A DNA stretch of 64,000 nucleotides from an uncultured Pseudomonadales bacterium (GCA_964414895.1 CAYPXO010000003.1:12284-76283), one strand, 5' to 3'; counted from the stretch's first letter, positions 41,539-51,905 are shown. The notes: a model not told the origin generated them from the letters alone. Made by a program: numbers and translations.

Positions 41539-44016
41539 ATGACTTTCAAGAGAAAAGGAGAAAAGTTGTTAACTCCAAAATTGCCAAAAAACCCAATTTT
41601 TTGGGTTTTCTTTTTAATGGAGCAAATTGGCAGGTTAACTTATAAAGGCTGCTTTCTGGTCTTGAAAACTGCCTTGCTTGCCTTAGATAAAATTACTAAG
41701 TCTGCTTTGAAAGTTTTCTACAAAGCAAGACTTGTTTCTCAAAAGCTCTCACTATTCAGTAATAAACTAGTTCAATCAATTAAATCAGTAAAAGCGGCCG
41801 TAAAATACCGCCTCTGGCTTATTGGTCAAGAAAAGAGAAAAAAAGAGGCCCTCCTGGCTAAAAAAACCAGATTCAAAATCAGCTTACCCAAGCTAAGAAT
41901 TCCTAGAGTTCAAATTCCTAAAATACCAGTTCCTAGAATTGCTTTTCCTAAAGTACCGGCAATTGCTTTTTCTTGTCTTGCTTTTTTACTTTTGACTTTT
42001 TATTTTTTAATCTTAAAAGACTTGCCCAGCCCCAACCGTTTAACTACCAAGGAGCAGGTTGTCTCTACTAAAATTTACGATAGAAGTGGCCAGCTGCTTT
42101 ATACCCTCTATAACGGTAATCAAAACAGAACACTTATCAGCCTTAATGGTGTGCCTGAATATTTAAAAGAGGCTACCATTGCTATTGAAGACAAGGATTT
42201 TTATTATCACCAAGGATTTTCTATTAGAGGAATTATCCGGGCAATTCAAAGAAATGTTTTTAAACATTCTATTGAAGGGGGCTCTACAATCACTCAACAG
42301 TTGGTTAAGAATGCCCTGCTTTCTCCGGAAAAAACTCTTATTAGGAAAGTAAAGGAGTTTGTTTTGGCTTTGGAGGTGGAGCTACTTTTTACTAAGGATG
42401 AGATCTTGCAAATGTATTTTAATGAAATTCCCTACGGAGGAACTGCTTATGGAGCTGAGGCGGCTGCCAAAACTTATTTTGGCAAATCAGCTAAAGATTT
42501 AACATTAGCTGAGGCTGCTCTTTTAGCAGGATTGCCGGCTGCTCCTACTCGCTTTTCTCCTTTTGGGGCTAACCCCCAGCTGGCTTTTGAACGCCAGGAG
42601 CAGGTTTTGCAAAGAATGATTGAGGAAAAGTACATAACTGAAGAAGAAAGAGAGCAGGCTTTGAAACAAAAGATCGTTTTTGCTCCCCAAAGGACAGATA
42701 TTAAGGCTCCTCACTTTGTTATGTATGTTAAAGACTTGTTGGTTAAAAAATATGGACAGAGAATTGTTGAGGAAGGGGGGTTGGAGGTAATTACTTCTTT
42801 GGACTTAGAAACTCAGAAAATGGCAGAAGAGATGGTAAAACAAGAAGTTGGAAAACTGGAAAAACTACATGTTACTAATGGGGCGGCTCTAGTTACCGAT
42901 CCTGAAACAGGAGAAATTTTAGCAATGGTTGGCTCTAAAGATTATTTTGATGCCGTAAATGACGGTAACGTTAATGTTACAACCCGTCTGCGCCAGCCAG
43001 GATCAACAATAAAAGTCGTTAATTATACTGTTGCTTTACAAAATGGTTATACTGCCGCCAGTATTATTTCCGATACACCGGTTGCCTATCAAATAAGTGG
43101 CAGTCCGATCTATGCACCGGTTAATTATGACAATCGTTTTCATGGAAATGTCACTCTGCGTACCGCTCTTGCTTGTTCTTATAATGTGCCGGCTGTTAAA
43201 GTTTTGGCTAGCTATGGAATAGGAAAAATGGTTCAAATGGGACAGGATATGGGTATTACGACTTGGGAAGATTCCAGCCGTTTTGGTTTATCTCTGACTT
43301 TAGGAGGAGGAGAGGTAAAAATGACCGATTTGGCAGTTGTTTATGGGACGCTAGCGAATATGGGTAAAAAAGTAGAGCTTCAGTCAATTTTAAAAGTAGT
43401 TGATTACAAAGGGAAAGTTCTAGAAAACTATTACTCTTTTGATGAAGACCCCAAGAACGGCGTGCAAGCAAAAGAAGAACAGACAGGGAAGCAGGTTATT
43501 TCTCCTGAGATAGCTTATGTTCTTTCTGATGTTCTTTCTGATAATAAGGCACGGACACCGGCCTTTGGTCCGAGATCTGATTTAGTGATTCCCAACAACC
43601 AAGTAGCTGTTAAAACAGGAACAACCAATGATAAAAGAGATAACTGGACTATTGGTTATACTTCCGATTATCTGGTCGCTGTTTGGGTAGGAAATAACGA
43701 TAATAGTCCAATGAGTGCTGTTGCTTCCGGAGTAACTGGCGCTTCGCCTATTTGGAATAACATTATGAAAAACCTTCTTGCTGACAAACTTTCTCACCAG
43801 TTTAGCAAGCCTCAGGAACTTAAGGCAGTTGAAGTTTGTTCTTTAAACGGTCTGCTTCCTTGTGAAGGGTGTCCGACAAAAGTGGAATATTTCATTCCCG
43901 GAACAGAGCCGAAAGTTCACTGTGTGATGAAGAAGGAAAAAGAGGAGGAAGAGAAGAAAGAAGAAGATAAAAAAAAGGATAAACTTTTGGAAGGGATTTC
44001 TACAGGTGAAGAATGA
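41539..44016 (+). CDS. Class A penicillin-binding protein (paralog of 36336-38546)
   Basis: AIEDKDF, GGSTITQQL, QPGSTIK, SYN, KTG; start 41530 or 41539. Confidence 0.95.
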   Translation: MTFKRKGEKLLTPKLPKNPIFWVFFLMEQIGRLTYKGCFLVLKTALLALDKITKSALKVFYKARLVSQKLSLFSNKLVQSIKSVKAAVKYRLWLIGQEKRKKEALLAKKTRFKISLPKLRIPRVQIPKIPVPRIAFPKVPAIAFSCLAFLLLTFYFLILKDLPSPNRLTTKEQVVSTKIYDRSGQLLYTLYNGNQNRTLISLNGVPEYLKEATIAIEDKDFYYHQGFSIRGIIRAIQRNVFKHSIEGGSTITQQLVKNALLSPEKTLIRKVKEFVLALEVELLFTKDEILQMYFNEIPYGGTAYGAEAAAKTYFGKSAKDLTLAEAALLAGLPAAPTRFSPFGANPQLAFERQEQVLQRMIEEKYITEEEREQALKQKIVFAPQRTDIKAPHFVMYVKDLLVKKYGQRIVEEGGLEVITSLDLETQKMAEEMVKQEVGKLEKLHVTNGAALVTDPETGEILAMVGSKDYFDAVNDGNVNVTTRLRQPGSTIKVVNYTVALQNGYTAASIISDTPVAYQISGSPIYAPVNYDNRFHGNVTLRTALACSYNVPAVKVLASYGIGKMVQMGQDMGITTWEDSSRFGLSLTLGGGEVKMTDLAVVYGTLANMGKKVELQSILKVVDYKGKVLENYYSFDEDPKNGVQAKEEQTGKQVISPEIAYVLSDVLSDNKARTPAFGPRSDLVIPNNQVAVKTGTTNDKRDNWTIGYTSDYLVAVWVGNNDNSPMSAVASGVTGASPIWNNIMKNLLADKLSHQFSKPQELKAVEVCSLNGLLPCEGCPTKVEYFIPGTEPKVHCVMKKEKEEEEKKEEDKKKDKLLEGISTGEE

Positions 44017-44051
44017 TCTTATCTTCAGTGTTTTCAGGAAATTCAAATTTC

Positions 44052-45041
44052 TCAGTGTTGCTCAAACTCCCAAACCAATTTGGCAATCTTGGGGATAACC
44101 TCTAAGGCTTCATTTTCCGCCGCTTCTCGGGAGAGAATACATAAAACAAAAGGATGTTTTCCAAAGATAATACCGCAATCATTATAAATCCGCTCTCCTG
44201 AGCCGATTTTGTGGGCTATTTTTATATTCTCAGGAATGCCGGCAGGGATCCGGTCTTCAAAATCAGTTTCTGTTAAGTTAGAAAAAAATGCTTTTTTATA
44301 TTTTTCTGTTTTTAAAATTTTATCTTTGTAGGTCATTACAAAAAGACTTCCTGCCTCTTTTGGAGTTGTTTTGTTTTCTTCAATGGAAGTTTTTTTTAAG
44401 CCTAGATCCTTGATAAACCTTTTCAGGTTGCTAAAACCTAAAATTTTCCCTAAAACATGAGCAGCAGTATTGTCACTTTTCTTGCCGGAAAGCTCTAAAA
44501 GCTCTTTGTAGGTATAAACTTTACCCGGTTCCTCATATTGCATAATACCTGTCCCATAGTTTTGGATATCTTCTTTTTTTAACTCATATTTATCTGATAA
44601 GGAAAAGCTGTCTTTTTCTAACTCTTTATAAAAGGAAAGCATTATAGGCACTTTATTTACAGAAGCGGCGGTAGAGACTTTTCTCTCATTTAGCCCATAT
44701 TCTTTGTTTGATGTTAAAGAGTAAACATAGATTCCGTATTCTCCTTTAAGGTTTTTTAGCCAATCGCTAATTTTTCCTATTAACTCCTTTTCTGTTTGCG
44801 GATTGTCATTTTTTTCTTGAGCTTTAAAATTGGGAATCAAAGGGGAAACGATTTCAAAAGTTGCCGGCTTGAGAAAAGTTTCCAAGTTTTGACCTAATTT
44901 ATCTTTGAACCAAAAAAAAGCGATCGCTAGGATTGTTAATAAGAAAATTAAAGAAACCAGTTTTCTTTGAGAAGAAGGTTTTTTAAATTTTGATGGAGGA
45001 TCTGAAGACTGAGAAAAAAAATCCCGGTTTAGTTTTCTCAT
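44052..45041 (-). CDS. Class A beta-lactamase-like serine hydrolase, membrane anchored
   Basis: ASVNK, SDN, HKIG. Confidence 0.85.
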   Translation of the reverse strand: MRKLNRDFFSQSSDPPSKFKKPSSQRKLVSLIFLLTILAIAFFWFKDKLGQNLETFLKPATFEIVSPLIPNFKAQEKNDNPQTEKELIGKISDWLKNLKGEYGIYVYSLTSNKEYGLNERKVSTAASVNKVPIMLSFYKELEKDSFSLSDKYELKKEDIQNYGTGIMQYEEPGKVYTYKELLELSGKKSDNTAAHVLGKILGFSNLKRFIKDLGLKKTSIEENKTTPKEAGSLFVMTYKDKILKTEKYKKAFFSNLTETDFEDRIPAGIPENIKIAHKIGSGERIYNDCGIIFGKHPFVLCILSREAAENEALEVIPKIAKLVWEFEQH

Positions 45042-46057
45042 CCCTTTTTTATTTTTTCCCCAATTAATAGAATTTCTTCAACCAACCTGCAAGCATAACC
45101 CCATTCGTTATCATACCAAGCAACAACCTTTACTAAATTTTTATTCAGAACGGAAGTTAGAGACAGGTCAACAATTGCGGAAAAACTGCTTCCTTTAATA
45201 TCACTGGAGACTAGCGGTTTGTGAGTGACTCCCAAAATTCCTTTTAGATTTTCCGAAGCCGCTTTCTTAAAAACCAGATTAACTTTTTCTTTGCTGGTTC
45301 CCTTTCTGGTATCAAAAACAAAGTCGGTTAAGGAGCCAAGAGCTACCGGCACGCGGATAGCAATACCATCAAACTTTCCCTTTAACGGAGGATAAACCTT
45401 GGCTGTTGCTTTGGCCGCACCAGTAGTAGTGGGAACGATATTTGCCGCTGCCGCTCGGGCGCGGCGCAGATCCTTATGTGATCCGTCAAGCAGTTGTTGA
45501 TCAGAAGTGTAAGCATGGATTGTTGTCAAGAAAGCTTTTTTTATTCCAAAGGCTTCATCCATCACTTTTGCTATTGGGGCAACGCAGTTGGTAGTGCAAG
45601 AAGCACAAGAAATAATTGGTTGACTGTCAATTTGTTTTTCATTAACTCCAATGATAAACATGGGAATATTGCCCTCCTTGGGTGGAGCAGAAAGGAGGAC
45701 TTTTTTAACTGTTTCTCGCAAGTGGAGTTTAACCTCTTTTTCTTTACGAAAGACACCGGTTGACTCTATTACTATTTCTGTTTGATAAGTTCCCCAGGGG
45801 ATTTTGCCCGGATCTCTTTCTCCTAAAATAGGGATTTTTAGGCCGTCAACTACAATTTTATTTCCTTCTGTTTTTACTTTGCCAGAGTATTTGCCATAGC
45901 TGCTGTCATAGGTGAAGAGGTGGCCCCATCCGCTAGCGTCCATCCGACCAGAAGTATTAATAGCTACCGGTAGAATCTTTTCTTTATATTTTTGCAGGAT
46001 GACTCTTAGAGCCAACCGACCAATCCGTCCAAAACCATTGATACCGACTCTAACCAT
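45038..46057 (-). CDS. gap: Glyceraldehyde-3-phosphate dehydrogenase type I
   Basis: GINGFGRIG, ASCTTNC, WYDNEWGY. Confidence 0.98.
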   Translation of the reverse strand: MVRVGINGFGRIGRLALRVILQKYKEKILPVAINTSGRMDASGWGHLFTYDSSYGKYSGKVKTEGNKIVVDGLKIPILGERDPGKIPWGTYQTEIVIESTGVFRKEKEVKLHLRETVKKVLLSAPPKEGNIPMFIIGVNEKQIDSQPIISCASCTTNCVAPIAKVMDEAFGIKKAFLTTIHAYTSDQQLLDGSHKDLRRARAAAANIVPTTTGAAKATAKVYPPLKGKFDGIAIRVPVALGSLTDFVFDTRKGTSKEKVNLVFKKAASENLKGILGVTHKPLVSSDIKGSSFSAIVDLSLTSVLNKNLVKVVAWYDNEWGYACRLVEEILLIGEKIKKG

Positions 46058-46060
46058 TTT

Positions 46061-46187
46061 GGTTACGTTAATCGGTCAAGGTGACGAAGCCCGTATCGTT
46101 TAGCGTCAGTGGGTTAGGCGAGGAATCAAATAACCAACCGCTAAAACGTCACCGAAACGAGCAGCGTAACCGTTACCGTTAAACGTT
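46061..46187. repeat. Structured intergenic element, family R3, copy 2
   Basis: Shares arms and core with 34236-34373. Confidence 0.75.
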
Positions 46188-46191
46188 CTAC

Positions 46192-46638
46192 CTATAATTT
46201 CCCTTCAAATTTTTTTATTTTTTCCAATCTCCTTTTATGTCTTTCTTTATTGCTAAATTTTGTTTGTAGGAATCTCCTGATTATCTCTTTCATTTGCCCA
46301 AAAGAAGTAAAATCAGCTGCTAAGACCAAGATGTTAGCATTATTGTGCTCTCTTGCTTTTTTGGCTTGCAGTTTATTTAAACAAAGAGCCGCTTTTGCCC
46401 CTTTCACTTTATTGGCGGCAATAGTCATTCCAATGCCGCTGCGGCAAATTAAAACTCCTTTATTTTTTGGATCCAAAGAGACTTTTTTCGCCAGAGCAAA
46501 AGCATAATCCGGATAGTCATCACGACTATCAAATTTTTTTGGTCCTAAGTCAGCAATTTTAAAACTCTCATTTTCCAGAAATTGGATAATTTTCTTTTTA
46601 AGGGTAAAGCCAGCATGATCAGTAGCAATAAAGATCAC
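46192..46638 (-). CDS. rpiB: Ribose-5-phosphate isomerase B
   Basis: DHAG, DYPD, CRSGIG..IAANK, REHNNAN, RHKRR. Confidence 0.93.
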   Translation of the reverse strand: MIFIATDHAGFTLKKKIIQFLENESFKIADLGPKKFDSRDDYPDYAFALAKKVSLDPKNKGVLICRSGIGMTIAANKVKGAKAALCLNKLQAKKAREHNNANILVLAADFTSFGQMKEIIRRFLQTKFSNKERHKRRLEKIKKFEGKL

Positions 46639-47258
46639 TTTTTTTTCTTCTCTCCTTTTTTAAGACTCGATTCATAAAAATCAATGTGGCCTAATCTTTT
46701 AGCAAAATTCTCCTCAAAATCTTCGATTATTTTTAAAACCTGTTTGGGATTATTGGCAATTTTTAAAATTTTTTCCTCCTCGCCTCTCATAAACATATTT
46801 TTCTTTACGCAAGCGACTATTTCTTTCCAAAAGTCCCCATAGAGGATAAAAGGTTTGTGGTGTCCAAAATAAAGCCTTGCTAAACACCAAGCAGTGGCAA
46901 ATTCGGACAAAGTCCCGGTACCGCCTTTAAAGATTATATAGACATCACCGTGCTCTAGCAGTTTAAACATCCTTTCAATATAATTACCGGTTTTTATTTC
47001 TTCTGTAGTTATATTGGCAAGATAGCGGCCTTCAAAGCCGGGCGCATCTTTAGGGTAGAAAGTAACTGCCAAAGTTTCTCCACCGCCGGCAGTTGCTCCT
47101 TTGGTAGAAGCATCCATTACTCCGGGCCCACCGCCATTAACAATGACGAAACCTTTTTTGCCCAAAAGCTTGGCTACCTTAAAGGCTTCTTTGTAGAGTT
47201 TTCCTTTTTCTTTAGCCTCGGAATAGCCAAAAAAAGCGATATGTTTAATTAAGCGCAT
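46635..47258 (-). CDS. LOG-family (Rossmann-fold nucleotide-binding) protein
   Basis: NGGGPGVM, GGTGTLSE; start reassigned to ATG 47258. Confidence 0.85.
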   Translation of the reverse strand: MRLIKHIAFFGYSEAKEKGKLYKEAFKVAKLLGKKGFVIVNGGGPGVMDASTKGATAGGGETLAVTFYPKDAPGFEGRYLANITTEEIKTGNYIERMFKLLEHGDVYIIFKGGTGTLSEFATAWCLARLYFGHHKPFILYGDFWKEIVACVKKNMFMRGEEEKILKIANNPKQVLKIIEDFEENFAKRLGHIDFYESSLKKGEKKKK

Positions 47259-47295
47259 TAAGGAAAATTTAACACTTAATAGGAAAAAAAGCAAT

Positions 47296-47394
47296 CGGGG
47301 GTGTGGCCATCCAGATTCCCCGCACAACTCCTGCCTGAAAAAGGGCTTACAGCCTCTACTTTCAGGCGCGTCGTATGCGGGGCAGGTGAACCTC
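47296..47394. ncRNA. Candidate structured ncRNA of unknown class
   Basis: GC-rich long hairpin (ccccgca/tgcgggg, gcctgaaa/tttcaggc) directly 3' of tRNA-Arg(CCG). Confidence 0.4.
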
Positions 47395-47396
47395 TG

Positions 47397-47468
47397 TGCT
47401 CTCGGCCAGAATCGAACTGACATCGCCCCGTCCGGAGCGGGGTACTCTATCCATTAAGCTACGAGAGC
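47397..47468 (-). tRNA. tRNA-Arg(CCG)
   Basis: GCTCTCG/CGAGAGC; CCCCG-CTCCGGA-CGGGG. Confidence 0.93.
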
Positions 47469-47492
47469 AAGGCAGTAATTTATGTAAAGTTG

Positions 47493-47574
47493 CGGAGGGT
47501 AGAGGACTCGAACCTCTAAGGACTTGCGCCCGCCGATTTTCGAAACCGGTGCATTGCCATTCTGCCAACCCTCC
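47493..47574 (-). tRNA. tRNA-Ser(CGA)
   Basis: GGAGGGT/ACCCTCC; loop TTCGAAA; long variable arm. Confidence 0.93.
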
Positions 47575-47581
47575 AGAAGAA

Positions 47582-47710
47582 AATTCCAAATAATAAATCC
47601 TAAATTCCAAACAAATCCAAATATCTAAATTCAAAATTCAAAACGTTTCGGTCATTTGGACATTTGAATTTTAGTATTATTTCGAATTTCGATATTCGAA
47701 TTTCGGATTT
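47582..47710. repeat. Inverted array of degenerate 7-mers (AAATTCN / NGAATTT)
   Basis: aaattcc aaataat aaatcct aaattcc ... gaatttc gatattc gaatttc ggattt. Confidence 0.75.
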
Positions 47711-47720
47711 TATCCTCTTG

Positions 47721-47793
47721 TGCGCCCAGGAGGAATTGAACCTCCAGTCTTTGGGTCCGCAACCCAATGTTTTATCCGTTAAACTATGAGCGC
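47721..47793 (-). tRNA. tRNA-Arg(GCG)
   Basis: GCGCTCA/TGGGCGC; TTGGG-TTGCGGA-CCCAA. Confidence 0.92.
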
Positions 47794-47826
47794 TTATAGT
47801 GTGAATTTTACCATAAAAAGGGAAAA

Positions 47827-48369
47827 TTATTCTGATTCCAGGGGAACTTTTTTTTGAAGCCAAGCACTGGCTTTGTCAATAATAGTTTTTTCCGGTTTCT
47901 CGAAAACCAAGTATTTCTCTAAAGCATTTTTAATATCTTTCTTTTTTTGGCTGCCTAACAAGAGCATTAAACGTCTAGGAAAAGCTAAGCCGGTTTCTAT
48001 ATTTAAAATTTTATTTCCCCATTTTTCGGTAAACCAGAACCGGCCCAGGCCATTCCAGTCATAACGCTTGCCGCCGGTAAAAACCCCCCTGGTAGTGATT
48101 TTGTGTTCTTCTTCCTGAGGAGGAACACTGGCCAAAACATAAGAAACAAAACCGAGGGAAATAATCACTCCAATAAGAAGCCATTCTTTTAGAAAAAGTA
48201 AGATAACAATCAATAAAAAAGCAATTGCTCCAATAGTAGTATAATATTCCCTGTTTCTTTTTTTGAAAGCTCGGGCCGGCGCTTTCCAAACAAGCAAATC
48301 ACGCAAAGGTTCTTTGAAGACTGTTACTGGCTGGGGAGATTGATTTTCGGTTTTTTTTACTGTCGGCAT
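47827..48369 (-). CDS. Conserved membrane hypothetical protein
   Basis: WKAPAR, two TM segments, small beta-rich C-terminal domain. Confidence 0.7.
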   Translation of the reverse strand: MPTVKKTENQSPQPVTVFKEPLRDLLVWKAPARAFKKRNREYYTTIGAIAFLLIVILLFLKEWLLIGVIISLGFVSYVLASVPPQEEEHKITTRGVFTGGKRYDWNGLGRFWFTEKWGNKILNIETGLAFPRRLMLLLGSQKKKDIKNALEKYLVFEKPEKTIIDKASAWLQKKVPLESE

Positions 48370-48406
48370 AAGTCTTATTTTTTATCCAAATCCATTTTAC
48401 CAGGAA

Positions 48407-49399
48407 TTATTTTTTTGGCAAACACTGATGAGCTAGGAAACTTTCGCATTGAGGACAACTGCAACTGCCACTTCTACTAAAGGAAAAACAGTTAGGATTT
48501 TGTTCACAGCTTTGTTTGTCGAGACTTTGGCAACCAAAAGAATCAGCAATACAGCGACAGTCTTTTTGAGAAAAAATATATCCAGACGCACAAGGAGTTT
48601 CCGAACCACTGGGTTGACTCTCAACTGCTGTTTCCGGATCTTTAACGGACTGTGGGCTTATATTAAAGCTGGAAAGAATTTGATTAAAGAGCTTTTCTTC
48701 TTCTTTGGGGGAGATTATACCGGGAAGACTTAGGTATTTTTCATAATCCAAAACTATCGGTTTAAACTCGGTGATAAAAGAGCGGGTAAGCACTAAAGTC
48801 TTTTGGGAATCTAAAGGAAAGAAATAGCTATAGCGCCCACAGCCCTCAACGCCCTGGGTAAGACGATAGCCGTTTAATGAACCAACAACAAACTCATCTA
48901 TAAAATTGGGTTGGATTTTAAGCTCATTGTCTGAAAGAAAATTATCTGACAGATAATTACCCTCGGTAGTAATAACCGCCTCTTTTAAATTTTTCCTAAA
49001 AAACTCAATGCTAACTTCAAAATCGACTAACTTTTTCAAAGGAACGGTATTATCTCGAAACTCACAGGGGTCAGGATGCTCATAGTCAATCGAGTGGCTG
49101 AGAATGACTTTACTTTCCTTTTCAGCGATACTAACGACCTCTGCCGGATATCTAAAGTCAAGCCCTTGCTCGTTTTGATAAGTCTCCCAGTCACTAGGGA
49201 CTTTGCTTCTGGGTGAAGCTTCAGGTTCTAAACTGACTTCAGACTCTAGACTAGGTTTAGGCTGAAAAGTTGGTTGGGGGGAAGAGGCTAGTCTAAGAGG
49301 GAATTGAGAATAATTTTGCCAGAGATACATCACCGCCATTCCTAGAAAAAAAGACAAAATAATTCCTAGAGGAACAACTTGAAAACCTTTGATTTCCAT
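48407..49399 (-). CDS. Membrane-anchored hypothetical protein, PsbP-like domain with Cys-rich tail
   Basis: N-terminal TM, WETYQNEQGLDFRYP...FNQILSSF, multiple Cys at the C-terminus. Confidence 0.7.
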   Translation of the reverse strand: MEIKGFQVVPLGIILSFFLGMAVMYLWQNYSQFPLRLASSPQPTFQPKPSLESEVSLEPEASPRSKVPSDWETYQNEQGLDFRYPAEVVSIAEKESKVILSHSIDYEHPDPCEFRDNTVPLKKLVDFEVSIEFFRKNLKEAVITTEGNYLSDNFLSDNELKIQPNFIDEFVVGSLNGYRLTQGVEGCGRYSYFFPLDSQKTLVLTRSFITEFKPIVLDYEKYLSLPGIISPKEEEKLFNQILSSFNISPQSVKDPETAVESQPSGSETPCASGYIFSQKDCRCIADSFGCQSLDKQSCEQNPNCFSFSRSGSCSCPQCESFLAHQCLPKK

Positions 49400-49563
49400 T
49401 AATTTAAAAGTAACACATTCAAGAAAATAATTCTATTTCTTCCTGATAAAAGCAGAGCTTGTCTAATCGATAAGTGCCATTTAAAAAAATAAGAGCTTTT
49501 TGGAACATAAATCTATTTATTTTGTCAGAGGGTTTTTTAAAGATATAAAAGATAAAATCCTAG

Positions 49564-50229
49564 CTAAATCAGATTATTAAGTAAATTTTGAGCATTGGAT
49601 CTAGCTTCTTTATATGCATCTCCAGAAAATACAGGCAGATTAGCAATTATTGTCAAAATTTGTTTATTTTGTTGGACATCTGGATTTTCTAATAAAGAGC
49701 TAGCCAGAGAAGGTTGAATATATGAAGAAAGACCTTTTGCAATTTTTAGAAGAGTTTCATTTGGCGTACTAGGATCCTTTGCCAATAGAGGTAAAAATGC
49801 GTATTGATAAACCCAATCATCTTTGGATTTAAGTTTGTTAAAAAAAATATCAGTAAAAAGGTAATTATCGGTTGAATCAAAATCATACATTTGCATATCC
49901 TTTATATCAAAATCGTCATAGTTATTAATAGAGATCCAAGCAATTTTATTGTTATGTTTTATACCTGTGGCTTTACTATAAAAACAACCAGAAGGACAAT
50001 CTTGAGGTTCCCCATAACTGACTTGGAATACTTGTAAATCTTCTTCAGGAATCTCCAGCAAAATATTTATTCCTTGTTGTTTTGGAAAATTAAAACCGTT
50101 TACAAAAGATTCTATATTAGATTCAATTGTTTTTTTAGGAGGTTGGTCTGGTGTTTTTATCTGTTGAACACAACCCGCCATCAATACAATTCCTAAAACT
50201 GCTGATACAAATAAAATTTTCTGATTCAT
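49564..50229 (-). CDS. Hypothetical lipoprotein
   Basis: Lipobox-like LMAGC; DCPSGC; helical C-terminus. Confidence 0.65.
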   Translation of the reverse strand: MNQKILFVSAVLGIVLMAGCVQQIKTPDQPPKKTIESNIESFVNGFNFPKQQGINILLEIPEEDLQVFQVSYGEPQDCPSGCFYSKATGIKHNNKIAWISINNYDDFDIKDMQMYDFDSTDNYLFTDIFFNKLKSKDDWVYQYAFLPLLAKDPSTPNETLLKIAKGLSSYIQPSLASSLLENPDVQQNKQILTIIANLPVFSGDAYKEARSNAQNLLNNLI

Positions 50230-50694
50230 AATTTTAATTAAATTTAGTTATTATTTAAATATATCGATAATCTCAACTTGAATCAAAATCAAGGCGGGCG
50301 TAGGGCAAATTGCATTTAACGTTTCAGCGAATACAAACTCTTTCATTGTTACAATCGTATTATACAACAATCAAGAAATTTGGGTGAGGAATGAGCCGAA
50401 TTCCGAACCCTATACACTGTGTTAGATGACCCGAGGACAGAATGGTTCAAAAAATCTTCCGAAAGCGCAGCGTCCCCTGAGCGGAGCGAAGAGTCGAGGG
50501 TCGGTGAACTACGGAGAAACCCAAGTACATTTATTATTTATACATTTTGCTTCTCCGAAAGGCATAGTGCAAGCTTGCCTAGTTAAGCTTGGAAGCTTAA
50601 CACAGGTCTCAAGATATTCTTTGCTTCCAAAGAAAGATCGTATAAAAACTGACTTTATTCTACTTATTTTTAAGCGATTATACAAACTGAAATT

Positions 50695-51905
50695 GTGCGG
50701 CGTCCAGGACATACTATACACTTTATGCGCTTTGGTTATGAGGAGTATGTCCGTAGGGTAGTAGAATTAAGGGGTTCTAGTTTGAGCGCGAAGGAGGTGA
50801 AGAAAAAGTATGGAAACTGGACCCCGTATTGATTACAAAGCATTAAGAAGGATTAATCCAGAGGCAGCCAGAAGAGCAGTTCTTGAATATTTAAAAACTA
50901 ACGGAGCTAATATCGCCGGCGCCGCCAGAGTCTTTGGGGTCAATAGAACCGTAGTCTACGATATCTTAAAAAAGCAGAAAGAAGGCAATCTGAAAGATAG
51001 ATCAAGAAGGCCAAAAAGTTGCCCCAACAAGACACCAGATAAGATTGAAGACAAAGTTGTTGAAGCCAAAAACAAGACAAGATTAGGGCCTGAGAGATTA
51101 TCAAAGTATCTTAGAAAGCACGAGAAGCTTAATGTTCCCTATGGGACTATTAGGCATATCTTGAGAAGAAACAGGGACAAGCTAACTTATCAAATCAGAA
51201 GCAAAAAGAGAAGAAAAGAAAAAAGACAATTTGTAGACTGGTATTCTGCCAAGCCATTTGAAATTGTCCAGGTAGATCTGAAATTTATTCGGGATCAAAA
51301 GGCACTGACCAAAGAGCAAATTATCCATCTTGACCGTTTTGATATCCCCAACTACCAGTGGGGCGCCCTGGATGTTAATTCTCGCTTTAAGCTGATCGCC
51401 TACTCAAGAGAAAAAACCTGGACCAATGGGCTTTGTTTCTACCTTTGGGTGATCTCGTGGCTGCGCTCCCATGGGGTCACCTGTGAGATTGTCTTCACCG
51501 TTGATAATGGAGAAGAATTTGGTGGTAAATCATGGATGAAGATCAAAGAGTTAAGAAAACTCATCGCCGGCTTTGGCTGCCACCTTATCCAAAACCACAA
51601 AGGTCATCCTGAGGAAAATGCTCATCTTGAAAGAAGCCACCGGACAGATGACGACGAGTTTTACATCTCCAGGGTTTTCAAAATCAAAAGTGATGAGGAT
51701 CTGCTAGATGAGGCCTTGGGTTACATCTACTATTACAACAATCTTAGAGAGCACTCGTCGCTTAATGATAAAACGCCATTTGCATATTTGAAGGCGCAAA
51801 TGCCGGAGATTGATGATACAATACGTTATGTACAGCCGTTCCTACTTGACTCTGTGGCTGTAAAGCTAGGATCCTGGAGTGGATACAATGTCCTGGCACA
51901 TCACC
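50695..51905 (+). mobile_element. IS481-family-like insertion sequence
   Basis: Imperfect terminal IRs sharing CCAGGACAT; flanking direct repeat AAATT at 50690-50694 and 51906-51910. Confidence 0.85.

Noticed and set aside
44052-45041. Antibiotic-resistance beta-lactamase
   Set aside because: Membrane-anchored serine hydrolase beside PBPs; a cell-wall role is at least as likely and resistance cannot be inferred.
47296-47394. Assignment as SRP 4.5S RNA
   Set aside because: The conserved domain IV motif is absent on both strands; kept only as an unassigned candidate.
47259-47423. N-terminal extension of the LOG protein in the ORF track
   Set aside because: Runs through a tRNA and a hairpin; ATG 47258 with a -10 box is the better start.
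50280-50420. Possible degenerate scaffold of the older recombinase element (ggcgggcgtagggcaaa; ggttcggaattc on the minus strand)
   Set aside because: Only short, weak resemblance to segments X and Z; not alignable by eye.
50509-50721. Cys-rich ORF apparently interrupted by the IS481-like element
   Set aside because: Removing the IS extends the frame only about 11 codons before a stop; no intact gene can be rebuilt.
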